Positions 1-7,678 of a DNA stretch of 14,158 bases are shown piece after piece. Source of the DNA: Armatimonadota bacterium (GTDB lineage Bacteria; Armatimonadota; Zipacnadia; Zipacnadales; UBA5352); assembly GCA_034722055.1 (NCBI GenBank), contig JAYENL010000128.1, positions 21,928-36,085 of the forward strand, given 5' to 3'. Under the pieces are notes generated by a model, which did no database searches, was not told where the DNA came from, and saw only the letters and a program-made list of their open reading frames with translations. The position numbers were made by a program, and so were the translations under genes. The first letter of the stretch is position 1, and each line of letters opens with the position of its first letter.

Positions 1-84
1 AACGGCGGGCGGCGTGGGCACGCCGCCGTCCACGGAGGTCGATAGGAGCCAACGGCGCACGGACAGGAGTGTCCGTGCCACGGA
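1..84 (-). repeat. Two REP-like palindromes with GTGG foot on the minus strand
   Basis: GGCGGCGT-gggc-ACGCCGCC (8-27) and GCACGGACA-ggag-TGTCCGTGC (57-78). Each is preceded by AACGGCG and ends in CCACGGA (CCAC reads GTGG on the minus strand), the tetranucleotide-plus-palindrome layout of REP sequences. Confidence 0.65.
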
Positions 85-272
85 ACGACAGATGGGAACG
101 GCAGGGCGGGCCAGGCGGGCGGTAGGTAACATGAGAGGGGCCGGAGAGGTTCGGGGGCTGCAATAGGGCGACGAGACGACGACGGCGGGCGTGATGACGC
201 GGACGCAGGAGGGTTGGGGCGCGGCGGTGGCGAAGCGGATGGCGCTGGACACAGGCGTAGGGGAGGGCTGCA

Positions 273-1904
273 ATGAGCGAAGTGACGGCGCCGGATTACG
301 ACCACTGGTACACATACGATGAGCTGACGGAGTACCTGAGAAGAGCGGAGGCCGAGCACAGTGAGCTGTGCAGGCTGGAGTCGCTGGGCAAGACGCCGGA
401 GGGGCGGGACGTGTGGATGCTGGAGGTGACAGACCAGGCCGGCGGTGGGAGTGATAAGCGGCCTGGGTTCCTGGTGCACGCCAACATCCATGCGAAGGAG
501 CTGGCGGGGACGACCTCGTCGCTGCAGCTCGTACACGAGCTGGTCAATGGAACGGGCGAAGAGATCGACACCGGCGAGCTGCTGAGGGAGGTGGTGTTCT
601 ACATCATCCCTCGACTGAACCCGGACGGTGCGGAGTTCGCTCTGACCACCGGCGGCGAGATACGCAGCCGCATTGAGGAGCGCCGGGAGCCGAACTGCCT
701 GTATCAGGCGGACGTGGACAGGGACGGCGCCATCCTTGACATGCGGATTGAGCGCCCCGATGGGGACATGAAGGTCTCAGAGGAGGACGAGCGGGTGCTG
801 GTGCCGCGCGAGCCGGGGGATGAGGAGGGGCCGTTCTACCGGGTCTATCCCGAGGGGCTGATCGCCGAGTGGGACGGCGGGGAGTTCCGGTGGTGCGCGC
901 GGTCGCATGACTTCAATCGCAACTGGCCGGCCAACTGGCACCAGGAGCACGAGCAGGGCGGGGCGGGTGACTACCCGTTCTCGGAGCCAGAGATGCGGGC
1001 GCTGGCGGACTTCGTGTACTCGCACCCCAACATCTTCGGTGTGGTGGGCTTTCACTGCGGGTCGAGCGCGGTACTGATGCCACCGAGCACGGGCGCGCTG
1101 GAGGACATGAACGCCGCGGATCGGAAGGTCTTCGAGCGGCTGGGCGGTCGGGCGGCGGAGCTGACGGGGCTGACGCTGCTTCCGACGATCGACTACCGTT
1201 CTGCGGATCAGCCGCCGATTGCGCTGAAGGGGCACTCCGCGGACTGGGGCTACGAGCACATGGGGCTCTTCCACTTCGAGATCGAGCAGGGGAACGTCTA
1301 CAACGCGGCCGGGGTGACGACGGAGGACTTCTTCGCAGCCGCCTCAGATCAGCGGCACGTGTTCCTGCACGACGCGATTCGCTACCACGACGAGCATCCG
1401 GACCAGGAGATGTTCGTAGACTGGCACGAGTTCGACCATCCGCAGCTCGGGCGCGTCGAGATCGGGGGGTGGAAGAAGCACTGGATGATCAACCCCTCGT
1501 TCGCGGAGCTGAGGGAGCGGATAGCGCCGGGATCGGCGCGCTTCATGATTGAGTATGCGGCACAGCATCCGCGGATGGTGATCTCGGACGCGTGTGCCGA
1601 GGCGGTCGGTGACGGGATATACCGGGTGCGGGCGCGGGTGATGAATGACGGGGACCTCGCGACGAACATCTCCGAGCTCGGCAAGGTGCTGCGATCGCTG
1701 GAGCCGGTGACGGTGGAGCTGGTGGCAGGTGATGGCGTGGAGGTGCTGTCGCGGGGGGAGCACCACGAGATCGGACAGTTGGCAGCTCACCAGCGATCAG
1801 GAGAGCTGGAGTGGTTCGTGCGGGCGCCCGCGGGCAAGGAGATCGCGATTCGGGCACAGGCGCAGAAGGGCGGCGTGGCAGAGAGGACACTGAGCCTGGA
1901 GTGA
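273..1904 (+). CDS. M14 family zinc carboxypeptidase (543 aa)
   Basis: N-terminal 'WYTYDEL...LESLGKTPEGRDVW', zinc motif HAKE (HxxE), NPDG, DFNRNW, PFSEPE, third zinc ligand in GFHCG, candidate catalytic Glu in HFEIE. GGAGG lies upstream of the ATG. Confidence 0.92.
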   Translation: MSEVTAPDYDHWYTYDELTEYLRRAEAEHSELCRLESLGKTPEGRDVWMLEVTDQAGGGSDKRPGFLVHANIHAKELAGTTSSLQLVHELVNGTGEEIDTGELLREVVFYIIPRLNPDGAEFALTTGGEIRSRIEERREPNCLYQADVDRDGAILDMRIERPDGDMKVSEEDERVLVPREPGDEEGPFYRVYPEGLIAEWDGGEFRWCARSHDFNRNWPANWHQEHEQGGAGDYPFSEPEMRALADFVYSHPNIFGVVGFHCGSSAVLMPPSTGALEDMNAADRKVFERLGGRAAELTGLTLLPTIDYRSADQPPIALKGHSADWGYEHMGLFHFEIEQGNVYNAAGVTTEDFFAAASDQRHVFLHDAIRYHDEHPDQEMFVDWHEFDHPQLGRVEIGGWKKHWMINPSFAELRERIAPGSARFMIEYAAQHPRMVISDACAEAVGDGIYRVRARVMNDGDLATNISELGKVLRSLEPVTVELVAGDGVEVLSRGEHHEIGQLAAHQRSGELEWFVRAPAGKEIAIRAQAQKGGVAERTLSLE

Positions 1905-2023
1905 CCGGCTGGAAGGAGTGGGAGGCGAACGCTCCACGCCGTCCCATGCCGTTGCGTGAGGGCGAACGGCAAACGGCCCTGTCGCGGATGGATGCTCGCG
2001 GGAGTGTGCGACCTTCAATGGGT

Positions 2024-2103
2024 GTCGGGCTGGAAGCTGAGAGCGCGCCGCGGCGCGCTCTCACCTGCGCCTGACAGACGCCGTCAGGCGCAGGCCGACC
2101 TAC
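2024..2103 (-). repeat. Multi-hairpin REP-like element between convergent genes (may also act as terminator/mRNA stabiliser)
   Basis: Outer stem GTCGG(2024-2028)/CCGAC(2095-2099) plus CTAC (GTAG on minus). It encloses a perfect 26-bp palindrome TGAGAGCGCGCCGCGGCGCGCTCTCA (2038-2063) and a 12-bp stem CCTGCGCCTGAC/GTCAGGCGCAGG (2064-2094). Confidence 0.65.
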
Positions 2104-2129
2104 GCGAATAACGCGGACTGGGGCGGTGG

Positions 2130-3152
2130 TCAGGGAATGCCGGTGGAGGAGGCGAGATCCTCGACGGCAGCGAGGACCATGGCCGGGGTGACCTCGAGCA
2201 TGCAGCGGCGGTGATCGCAGCGCTGATGGGGGCGGCAGGGCCGGCAGGGCAGATCGTCGATGTAGATGCTCCGGGCCAGAGGACCCTTGGGGCCGTTGCG
2301 GATGGGGCTGGGCCCGATGATGCACACGACGGGCGTGCCGACGGCGTAGGCCATGTGCGTGAGGCCGCTGTCGCCGCCGATGACGAGATCGGCGCGCTGG
2401 AGCAGAGCGGCCGCCTCCCTGACGGAGGTGCGGCCGGCGAATACGATGGGCGGACGGGCCATGCGGCCGGCGAGGGCCCGGGCGCGGTCACGTTCGCGCT
2501 CGGTGCCCGGGATGATGATGCGGGCGCCGAGGCGGCTGGTGAGGCTGTCAGCGAGCTCGATGAAGTACTGCTCGGGCCACTCACGGCGAGGCTCTGCCGA
2601 GAAGGGGATCATGACGACAACCGGACGGTGATCGGCGAGGGTCTGCTCCTCCCAGAGCCGATCGACGGGCCCGAAGTCATCCTCAGTGAGGAAGAGCTCA
2701 GGGACGAAGTCGTCGCGGGAGACTCCGAGGGCCTGGCACTGTTCAAGGTAGCGCTGAGAGATGTACTGCTGGTCCCAGCGCTCCGGGGAGAGCTCGTTGT
2801 AGGCGAAGAGGGCGGCCTCTCGGGCCTCCTGCTTGCCGATGCGGCGGGGCGCGCCGCTGGCCCAGGTGGCGATGGCGCTCTTGAGGAGGCACTGGAGGTC
2901 GATGGTGATGGTGAAGTCGCGAGCCTTCAGTTGCCGCCAGGCCATGACGATCTCGACAAGGGTGGGACGCATGGGAATGTCGAGAGTCTCGTCGATGTGA
3001 GGATTGTGCTCGAGAAGGGGGGCGAAGGGACGCTGGACCAGCCAGGTGAGGTGACAGTCGGGCATGGCGGCCTTGAGGCCGCGGGCGACGGGGGTGCTCT
3101 GAACGACGTCACCCATGGCGGACATTCGGACGATCAGGATTCTCTCCGACAC
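2130..3152 (-). CDS. Glycosyltransferase family 9 (WaaC/WaaF-like heptosyltransferase), 340 aa
   Basis: 'RILIVRMSAMGDVVQSTP', 'IDLQCLLKSA', 'REWP', 'GGDSGLTHMAYAVGTPVV', C-terminal CRPC. Start placed at GTG 3152 with GGAGG 7 nt upstream. The 754-aa ORF-track call is an antisense over-extension. Confidence 0.92.
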   Translation of the reverse strand: MSERILIVRMSAMGDVVQSTPVARGLKAAMPDCHLTWLVQRPFAPLLEHNPHIDETLDIPMRPTLVEIVMAWRQLKARDFTITIDLQCLLKSAIATWASGAPRRIGKQEAREAALFAYNELSPERWDQQYISQRYLEQCQALGVSRDDFVPELFLTEDDFGPVDRLWEEQTLADHRPVVVMIPFSAEPRREWPEQYFIELADSLTSRLGARIIIPGTERERDRARALAGRMARPPIVFAGRTSVREAAALLQRADLVIGGDSGLTHMAYAVGTPVVCIIGPSPIRNGPKGPLARSIYIDDLPCRPCRPHQRCDHRRCMLEVTPAMVLAAVEDLASSTGIP

Positions 3153-3191
3153 TTCCGCGCCTCCGTGGCGTGAGCGGGAGATGCCGAGGCG

Positions 3192-4331
3192 GTGAAGATG
3201 GCCGAGCCGTATCGATACGACTGCAGGCTCTTCACGGGCTACAAGCCGTGCCCGTATGACTGCGAGTGCGCCGACTGCGAGCACTACGAGCCGATGGGGC
3301 CGCAGGTGCTGGTGGTAAGAGTGCATCAACTGGGGAACATCGTCAAGTCTACTCCCGTTGTGCATGCGCTGCGAAAGCGGTTCGATGATCCGTGGATCGC
3401 ATGGCTGAGCAGCAGCGCTGCGGCGCCGCTGCTGGAGACGAATCCGCTGGTGGACGAGGTGATCGAGTACTCGTGGGAGGCCGTGCCGCTGCTGGCGGCG
3501 CGGCATTTCGATCTGGTGGTGAGCCTGGAGGCGGATGCGGCGGAGGCGGCGCTGGCGCAGGAGGTGCCCGCTGAGGAGCACCTGGGGTACGGAGTCCACG
3601 AGAGCGGGCGTCTGCGTCCGCTGGGCGAGGCGTCGCTGGGGTACTTCTCGCTGAGCGTCTCGGACCGTGTCAGGTTCGAGGAGAATACGAAGACGCTTGC
3701 GGAGCTGTGCTTTGACCTCGTGGGTGTGCCCTACGAGGGTGAGGAGTACATCCTGCGCGTGACCGATGCGGAGCTGGCGCACGCGCGGGGTGTGCTGGAA
3801 GAGCTGGGAGTGGAGCCGCCGACGGAGACGGTGATCGCGCTGGCGACCGGGGGGGACACGGCGCGGTTCGAGACGAAGGATTGGCCGCCGCAGCGGTTCG
3901 CCGAGCTGGCGCGTCTGCTGGAAGGGCGCACAGGGGCGCGGCTGCTGCTGGTGGGGGGACCGGCGGAGCGGGAGACGAACCGGGGGCTGGCCTCGGAGCT
4001 TGGAGAGACGGTGCTGGACACGGGGTGCGGACACAGCATCCGGGAGTTCTGTGCGCTGCTGTCGCTCTGCGACCTGGTGGTCAGCGCGGATGCTTTTCCA
4101 CTGCACGCGGCAGTGGCGATGGGGACGCCGGTGGTGGGGGTATTCGGGCCGACGCCGCCGGCGGAGGTGGCGATCTTCGGGCGCGGGCGGAAGGTCGTGA
4201 CGGAGATGACGTGCGGGCCGTGCTACATCCGCACGCGGGCGGAGTGTCCGCACGAAGGGGCGTGCATGCCGGGGATCTCGGCCGAGCGGGTGGCCGAGGC
4301 GGTGGTAGAGGTGCTGGAGGAGGGCGAATGA
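3192..4331 (+). CDS. Glycosyltransferase family 9 with Cys-rich N-terminal extension
   Basis: 'VLVVRVHQLGNIVKSTP', 'LLETNPLVDEVI', 'KDWP', 'ADAFPLHAAVAMGTPVVGVFGPT', 'CGPCY...CPHEGACM'. Start is GTG 3192 or ATG 3198. Confidence 0.9.
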   Translation: MKMAEPYRYDCRLFTGYKPCPYDCECADCEHYEPMGPQVLVVRVHQLGNIVKSTPVVHALRKRFDDPWIAWLSSSAAAPLLETNPLVDEVIEYSWEAVPLLAARHFDLVVSLEADAAEAALAQEVPAEEHLGYGVHESGRLRPLGEASLGYFSLSVSDRVRFEENTKTLAELCFDLVGVPYEGEEYILRVTDAELAHARGVLEELGVEPPTETVIALATGGDTARFETKDWPPQRFAELARLLEGRTGARLLLVGGPAERETNRGLASELGETVLDTGCGHSIREFCALLSLCDLVVSADAFPLHAAVAMGTPVVGVFGPTPPAEVAIFGRGRKVVTEMTCGPCYIRTRAECPHEGACMPGISAERVAEAVVEVLEEGE

Positions 4332-4441
4332 GGTGGGCAAGGCAGGTGTGCGGGGCCGAGCCGGGAAGCCGAGGAATGCACGGAGCAAGAGCAAATCGGA
4401 TCCGCCGCGGAGGCGCGGCGGGCGCTGAAGGAGGCCGGCGG

Positions 4442-5233
4442 ATGAAGCTGGGGCTGCTGACCTACAACATGGCGGCGGAGTGGGACCTGGACACGCTGCT
4501 GGAGAAGTGCGTGCTGCTGGGCTTTGAGGGAGTGGAATTCCGAACCGATCGCGACCACGCCCATGGCGTTGAGGTGGAGATGACGGGGGCGCAGCGGAAG
4601 GCGGTCCGCGAGAAGTGCGAGACGGCGGGTGTGGCGATCGCGGGTCTGAGCAGTGGGTGCGCCTTTGATTCGATGGACCGAGATGAGCTGGAGGCGAACA
4701 TCGAGCGAACGCGCAAGCACCTGGACCTGTGTGCGGACCTCGGCACAGGTGGAGTGAAGGTCTATGGAAACAGACTGCACGTGGACGACGGCGTGCCGGC
4801 CGAGGACACGATCGCGCAGATCGGGGAGGCGCTGGCAGGGCTGTCCGAGTACGCCGCGGGGCAGGGCGTGCAGGTGAGATTCGAGATGCACGGCGACTTC
4901 ACGACTCCGGACGTGTGCAATCGCCTGATGGAGCTGGCGGGGGACGGTGAGGGCATATGCCTGATCTACAACTGCAACAACGCCTACGACGTGGACGAGG
5001 AGGGCTCGATAGAGGGATCGTACAGGGCGGCGGCAGAGCGCGTGGGGCACGCGCACGTCCACGACCTGGCGGATCCGGACTTCCCCTACCTGGAGCTTCT
5101 GGGACTGCTTCACGAGGATGGGTATGAGGGGTGGTGCAGCGCGGAGCTGCAGGACAGCCCGGATCGGGAACGGGTGCTGCGATTCTACGTGGAGCTGTGG
5201 CACGCCTACCTGAGGATCGTGGGAGCGGAGTAG
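4442..5233 (+). CDS. Sugar phosphate isomerase/epimerase family (xylose-isomerase-like TIM barrel), 263 aa
   Basis: 'MKLGLLTYN', 'GFEGVEFR', 'FEMHGD', 'HAHVHD', 'GYEGWCSAE'. GAAGGAGG precedes ATG 4442. The upstream extension to 3881 overlaps the previous gene and is spurious. Confidence 0.88.
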   Translation: MKLGLLTYNMAAEWDLDTLLEKCVLLGFEGVEFRTDRDHAHGVEVEMTGAQRKAVREKCETAGVAIAGLSSGCAFDSMDRDELEANIERTRKHLDLCADLGTGGVKVYGNRLHVDDGVPAEDTIAQIGEALAGLSEYAAGQGVQVRFEMHGDFTTPDVCNRLMELAGDGEGICLIYNCNNAYDVDEEGSIEGSYRAAAERVGHAHVHDLADPDFPYLELLGLLHEDGYEGWCSAELQDSPDRERVLRFYVELWHAYLRIVGAE

Positions 5234-5308
5234 GGCTGCCGTCACTGCAGGCATGCCAAAGGCCGCGCCGGGAAAAAGGCGTGGCCTTTGGCATGTACTG
5301 GACGGCAG
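5230..5308 (+). repeat. Long imperfect hairpin starting with GTAG at the stop codon (expanded REP-like / mRNA 3' structure)
   Basis: GTAG (5230-5233), then CTGCCGTC(5236-5243)/GACGGCAG(5301-5308) enclosing CATGCCAAAGGCC-GCGCC / GGCGT-GGCCTTTGGCATG (5252-5295). Confidence 0.7.
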
Positions 5309-5318
5309 GTATGTATCA

Positions 5319-5465
5319 GGTACAAGCTGCAAGCAACAAGCTGCAAGCAACAAGCTGCAAGCTGCAAGCTGCAAGCTACAAGCAACAAGCTACAAGGTGC
5401 AAGCAACAAGCTGGGAGCTGCAAGCGACGAGCGACGAGCTACGAGCGGCGAGCTACGAGCGGCGA
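5319..5465. repeat. Heptanucleotide tandem array, 21 units
   Basis: Units GCTGCAA/GCAACAA/GCTACAA grading into GCGACGA/GCTACGA/GCGGCGA, in uninterrupted 7-nt phase. Confidence 0.95.
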
Positions 5466-5483
5466 GGTAACGACTGACGGCGA

Positions 5484-5594
5484 GGGCAGCGTCGATGGGC
5501 CGGGGCGGAATCTTCGGCCTCTTCGCTGCGCTGAGAGGCCTCACCGGGCGCTGCCCGCCCGGCGGCCCCTCCACCCAACTCCGGCGCATCTTCA
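5484..5594. repeat. Dispersed structured repeat, copy A
   Basis: Core 5497-5575 aligns ungapped to 7369-7447 at 71/79 nt (hand count). Outer stem GGGCCG/CGGCCC followed by CTCCAC (GTGGAG on minus). Confidence 0.9.
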
Positions 5595-5708
5595 CAACCA
5601 CCAAGCTCCCCGACCGCGCTCGTCGTCGATATCCGCTGACTTACGCAACTAAACACCACTCGTGGGCGCACGGGGCGGGTTGCGGGAGGGCATGTGGTGA
5701 CCGGGTGC

Positions 5709-7181
5709 TCAGCCGACGAGACCGGTCCGCCGGAGGGCGAGGCGGCCGTCGGTGCCGCGAATCCAGCGGACGTGGGTGGGCGTCTGAGTGTCCGCTGAGC
5801 GGGGAGCCCAGATTGCCACGCCGGGACTGTGCGGGCCAGCGCCCCTGAACTTGGCGACGAGCCAGAAGGAGCGGGACGCTCCGGCAGGCCGCTGATCAGC
5901 CCCGAGGTCCATGTCGGCGGGGACGACCACGAAGACCGCCGGGGAGCGCGGCGCGGCCTCAACCTCGTCAAGCAGGGCGCAGCGATGGGCGGTGGGGGCG
6001 AGTATGACGTCCCAGGCAGGGCCGCGCGTGGCGAGGGCGGCATGAAGTGCGACGGCGGCGTAGACGCGTGAGTGACGGCGGAGGGGCAGGTCCGACCGCA
6101 GCTCGCGACGCCAACTGCGAGGGCTGCGTGCAAGGGCAATGTCATCGTGGAGGGCGGGGTGAACGACGACTGTGCTGCGGTCGGGCAGGTTGTCGGCCAA
6201 CCACTGGGAGGCGACGGCGGCCGGCGTGGGCGCCGGAGAGCGAGGCGCGGGCGGGCCATCGGCTGCACCTGCGGCGAAGACCAGTGCGGCGCTAAGCAGG
6301 GCCGCCGACCAGGCATTGGCCGGGAGGGCGTCCCGGAGATATCGCAAAAGATAGACCATGGCGCCACAGAGGGCAGCGGCCAGCAGCAGCGGGACGAGAG
6401 CGGCAGAGGCCTGCCGGGCGAGGGCGGTAGGCTCAGGCGGGATGACGACCGCGGCACCGATGAGGAAGGACACGAGCGCGAGAGCGCCGGCAGGCACGGC
6501 CGGAAAGCTGCCCCGGGCGAGAGCCTCGTGCACGATCAGTGCAACGGCGCCCACGAGGGCAAGAGCCGCGACGAGAGGGAGGGCGTCCGTTGCAAAGCCC
6601 AACGACAGACCGAGGGCGATGGCGACGACCCCGGGGTGCCGCTGCTCGCGCCTCCACGGAAGTGCCACGAGCACACCCAGAAGGAGGAAGGTGAGGGCGA
6701 AGATGCCGGAGTCGAGGCGGTGACTGAGGGCGACGGCGGCCGGATGCAGCGCGACGGCGAAGGCACCCGCGACGCCAACCCAGTGATCGATGAGGCGGGT
6801 GCCGATGAGATAGACGAGAAGAACCGACAGCACTCCGGCGGCCACGGCCGCCGCGTGTGCGAGTGTGCAGAAGGCCGCGGGGTCGGTGAAGAAGCGGGCA
6901 CAGAAGTCGAGGGCCGTAAGGCCCGGCGAGATGAAGGCCTCGACCTGGTAGCGGGCGGCATAGATGAGAGCGAAGACCCAGGTGCCCAGTGCAGAGTCGG
7001 AGGATGGGGCGGGCGTGAGGCCGATGGCGGTGGCCAGTGCTTGGGGCTGCTGATGCAGGTCGAGTGAGGCATCATGACCGGCCTGAGGCCCGGCCCGGAG
7101 CACCGCAGCCAGCAGGCATGCAGCGATGAGGAAGATGATCGCGCCACGGTCGCGGGCGCGATGCGGTGCTTCCGCTCGCAT
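5709..7181 (-). CDS. Polytopic membrane protein, PMT/ArnT-like (GT-C fold) glycosyltransferase, 490 aa
   Basis: Many hydrophobic helices and the typical segment 'VLLVYLIGTRLIDHWVGVAGAFAVALHPAAVALSH'. Soluble C-terminal domain begins near 'ASQWLADNLP'. Confidence 0.7.
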   Translation of the reverse strand: MRAEAPHRARDRGAIIFLIAACLLAAVLRAGPQAGHDASLDLHQQPQALATAIGLTPAPSSDSALGTWVFALIYAARYQVEAFISPGLTALDFCARFFTDPAAFCTLAHAAAVAAGVLSVLLVYLIGTRLIDHWVGVAGAFAVALHPAAVALSHRLDSGIFALTFLLLGVLVALPWRREQRHPGVVAIALGLSLGFATDALPLVAALALVGAVALIVHEALARGSFPAVPAGALALVSFLIGAAVVIPPEPTALARQASAALVPLLLAAALCGAMVYLLRYLRDALPANAWSAALLSAALVFAAGAADGPPAPRSPAPTPAAVASQWLADNLPDRSTVVVHPALHDDIALARSPRSWRRELRSDLPLRRHSRVYAAVALHAALATRGPAWDVILAPTAHRCALLDEVEAAPRSPAVFVVVPADMDLGADQRPAGASRSFWLVAKFRGAGPHSPGVAIWAPRSADTQTPTHVRWIRGTDGRLALRRTGLVG

Positions 7182-7356
7182 GAGTCAGGAGTCTCCCAAT
7201 TACCTACGAGAAAGGACATCCAGCCAAGGATGGTGCGCAACGCTGGCGAGATGAGGATAGCAGGGAGGCCTTGAGGATCGCTCAAGGGAGACTCATGAAT
7301 CTCTCACGATTGGAGTACGACGCCTGGCGGTGGCGATGGAGTGACGTCGAGCTTCG

Positions 7357-7467
7357 GGGCAGCGTCCTGGGCCGGGGTGGAACCTTCGGCCCGTTCGCTG
7401 CGCTCACAGGCCTCACCGGGCGCTGTGCGCCCGGCGGCCCCTCCACCAAGCACGCCGCGTATCTTCA
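7357..7467. repeat. Dispersed structured repeat, copy B
   Basis: Direct repeat of 5484-5594. Internal hairpins GGGCCGGGG..CTTCGGCCC and CCGGGCGC-tgt-GCGCCCGG. Confidence 0.9.
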
Positions 7468-7678
7468 ACACAGGCGAGCCGTGGAGCGGCCTTCTCGTCA
7501 ACATGCGCGGAGTTGCACAAGTCACCACTAGCACATGATTGCGCTCCGGTACCTACATTAATGGAGGGGGCCGATGCAGAGTCGCCCTCCGGAGCTGGCG
7601 AGATGTGAGACGGAGGACAGATCATCGACCGCTCATGACAGGACCCGAAGGCAGTCTCCTGACGGAAGGAGGCGGTCG

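Noticed and set aside
3153..4394. N-terminal ~410 aa of the 754-aa minus-strand ORF
   Set aside because: It is the antisense shadow of the plus-strand GT9. It is Arg/Pro-rich nonsense, and the real protein starts at GTG 3152 with its own RBS.
3881..4441. Upstream extension of the 450-aa ORF, suggesting a fusion or overlap
   Set aside because: Gly/Ala/Arg-rich off-frame translation of the GT9 gene. A strong RBS precedes ATG 4442.
5319..5465. CRISPR array or telomere-like repeat
   Set aside because: No spacers and no cas genes, and the location is internal and intergenic.
5131..5652. ORFs with KLQAASC/LAACSL repeats
   Set aside because: These are translations of the heptamer array, open in several frames on both strands, with no other evidence of coding.
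7369..7447. HDV-like ribozyme fold (GGGCCG/CGGCCC and GGTGGA/TCCACC crossing pairs)
   Set aside because: No P3/L3 or J4/2 catalytic elements could be placed. The minimal copy at 11972 shows a simple stem plus foot.
5484..7467. attL/attR sites or IS ends
   Set aside because: The repeats belong to a multi-copy family in both orientations, enclose no recombinase, and do not bracket the phage genes.
7271..7531. 86-aa ORF as small terminase
   Set aside because: It runs through repeat copy B and has no HTH or coiled-coil character.
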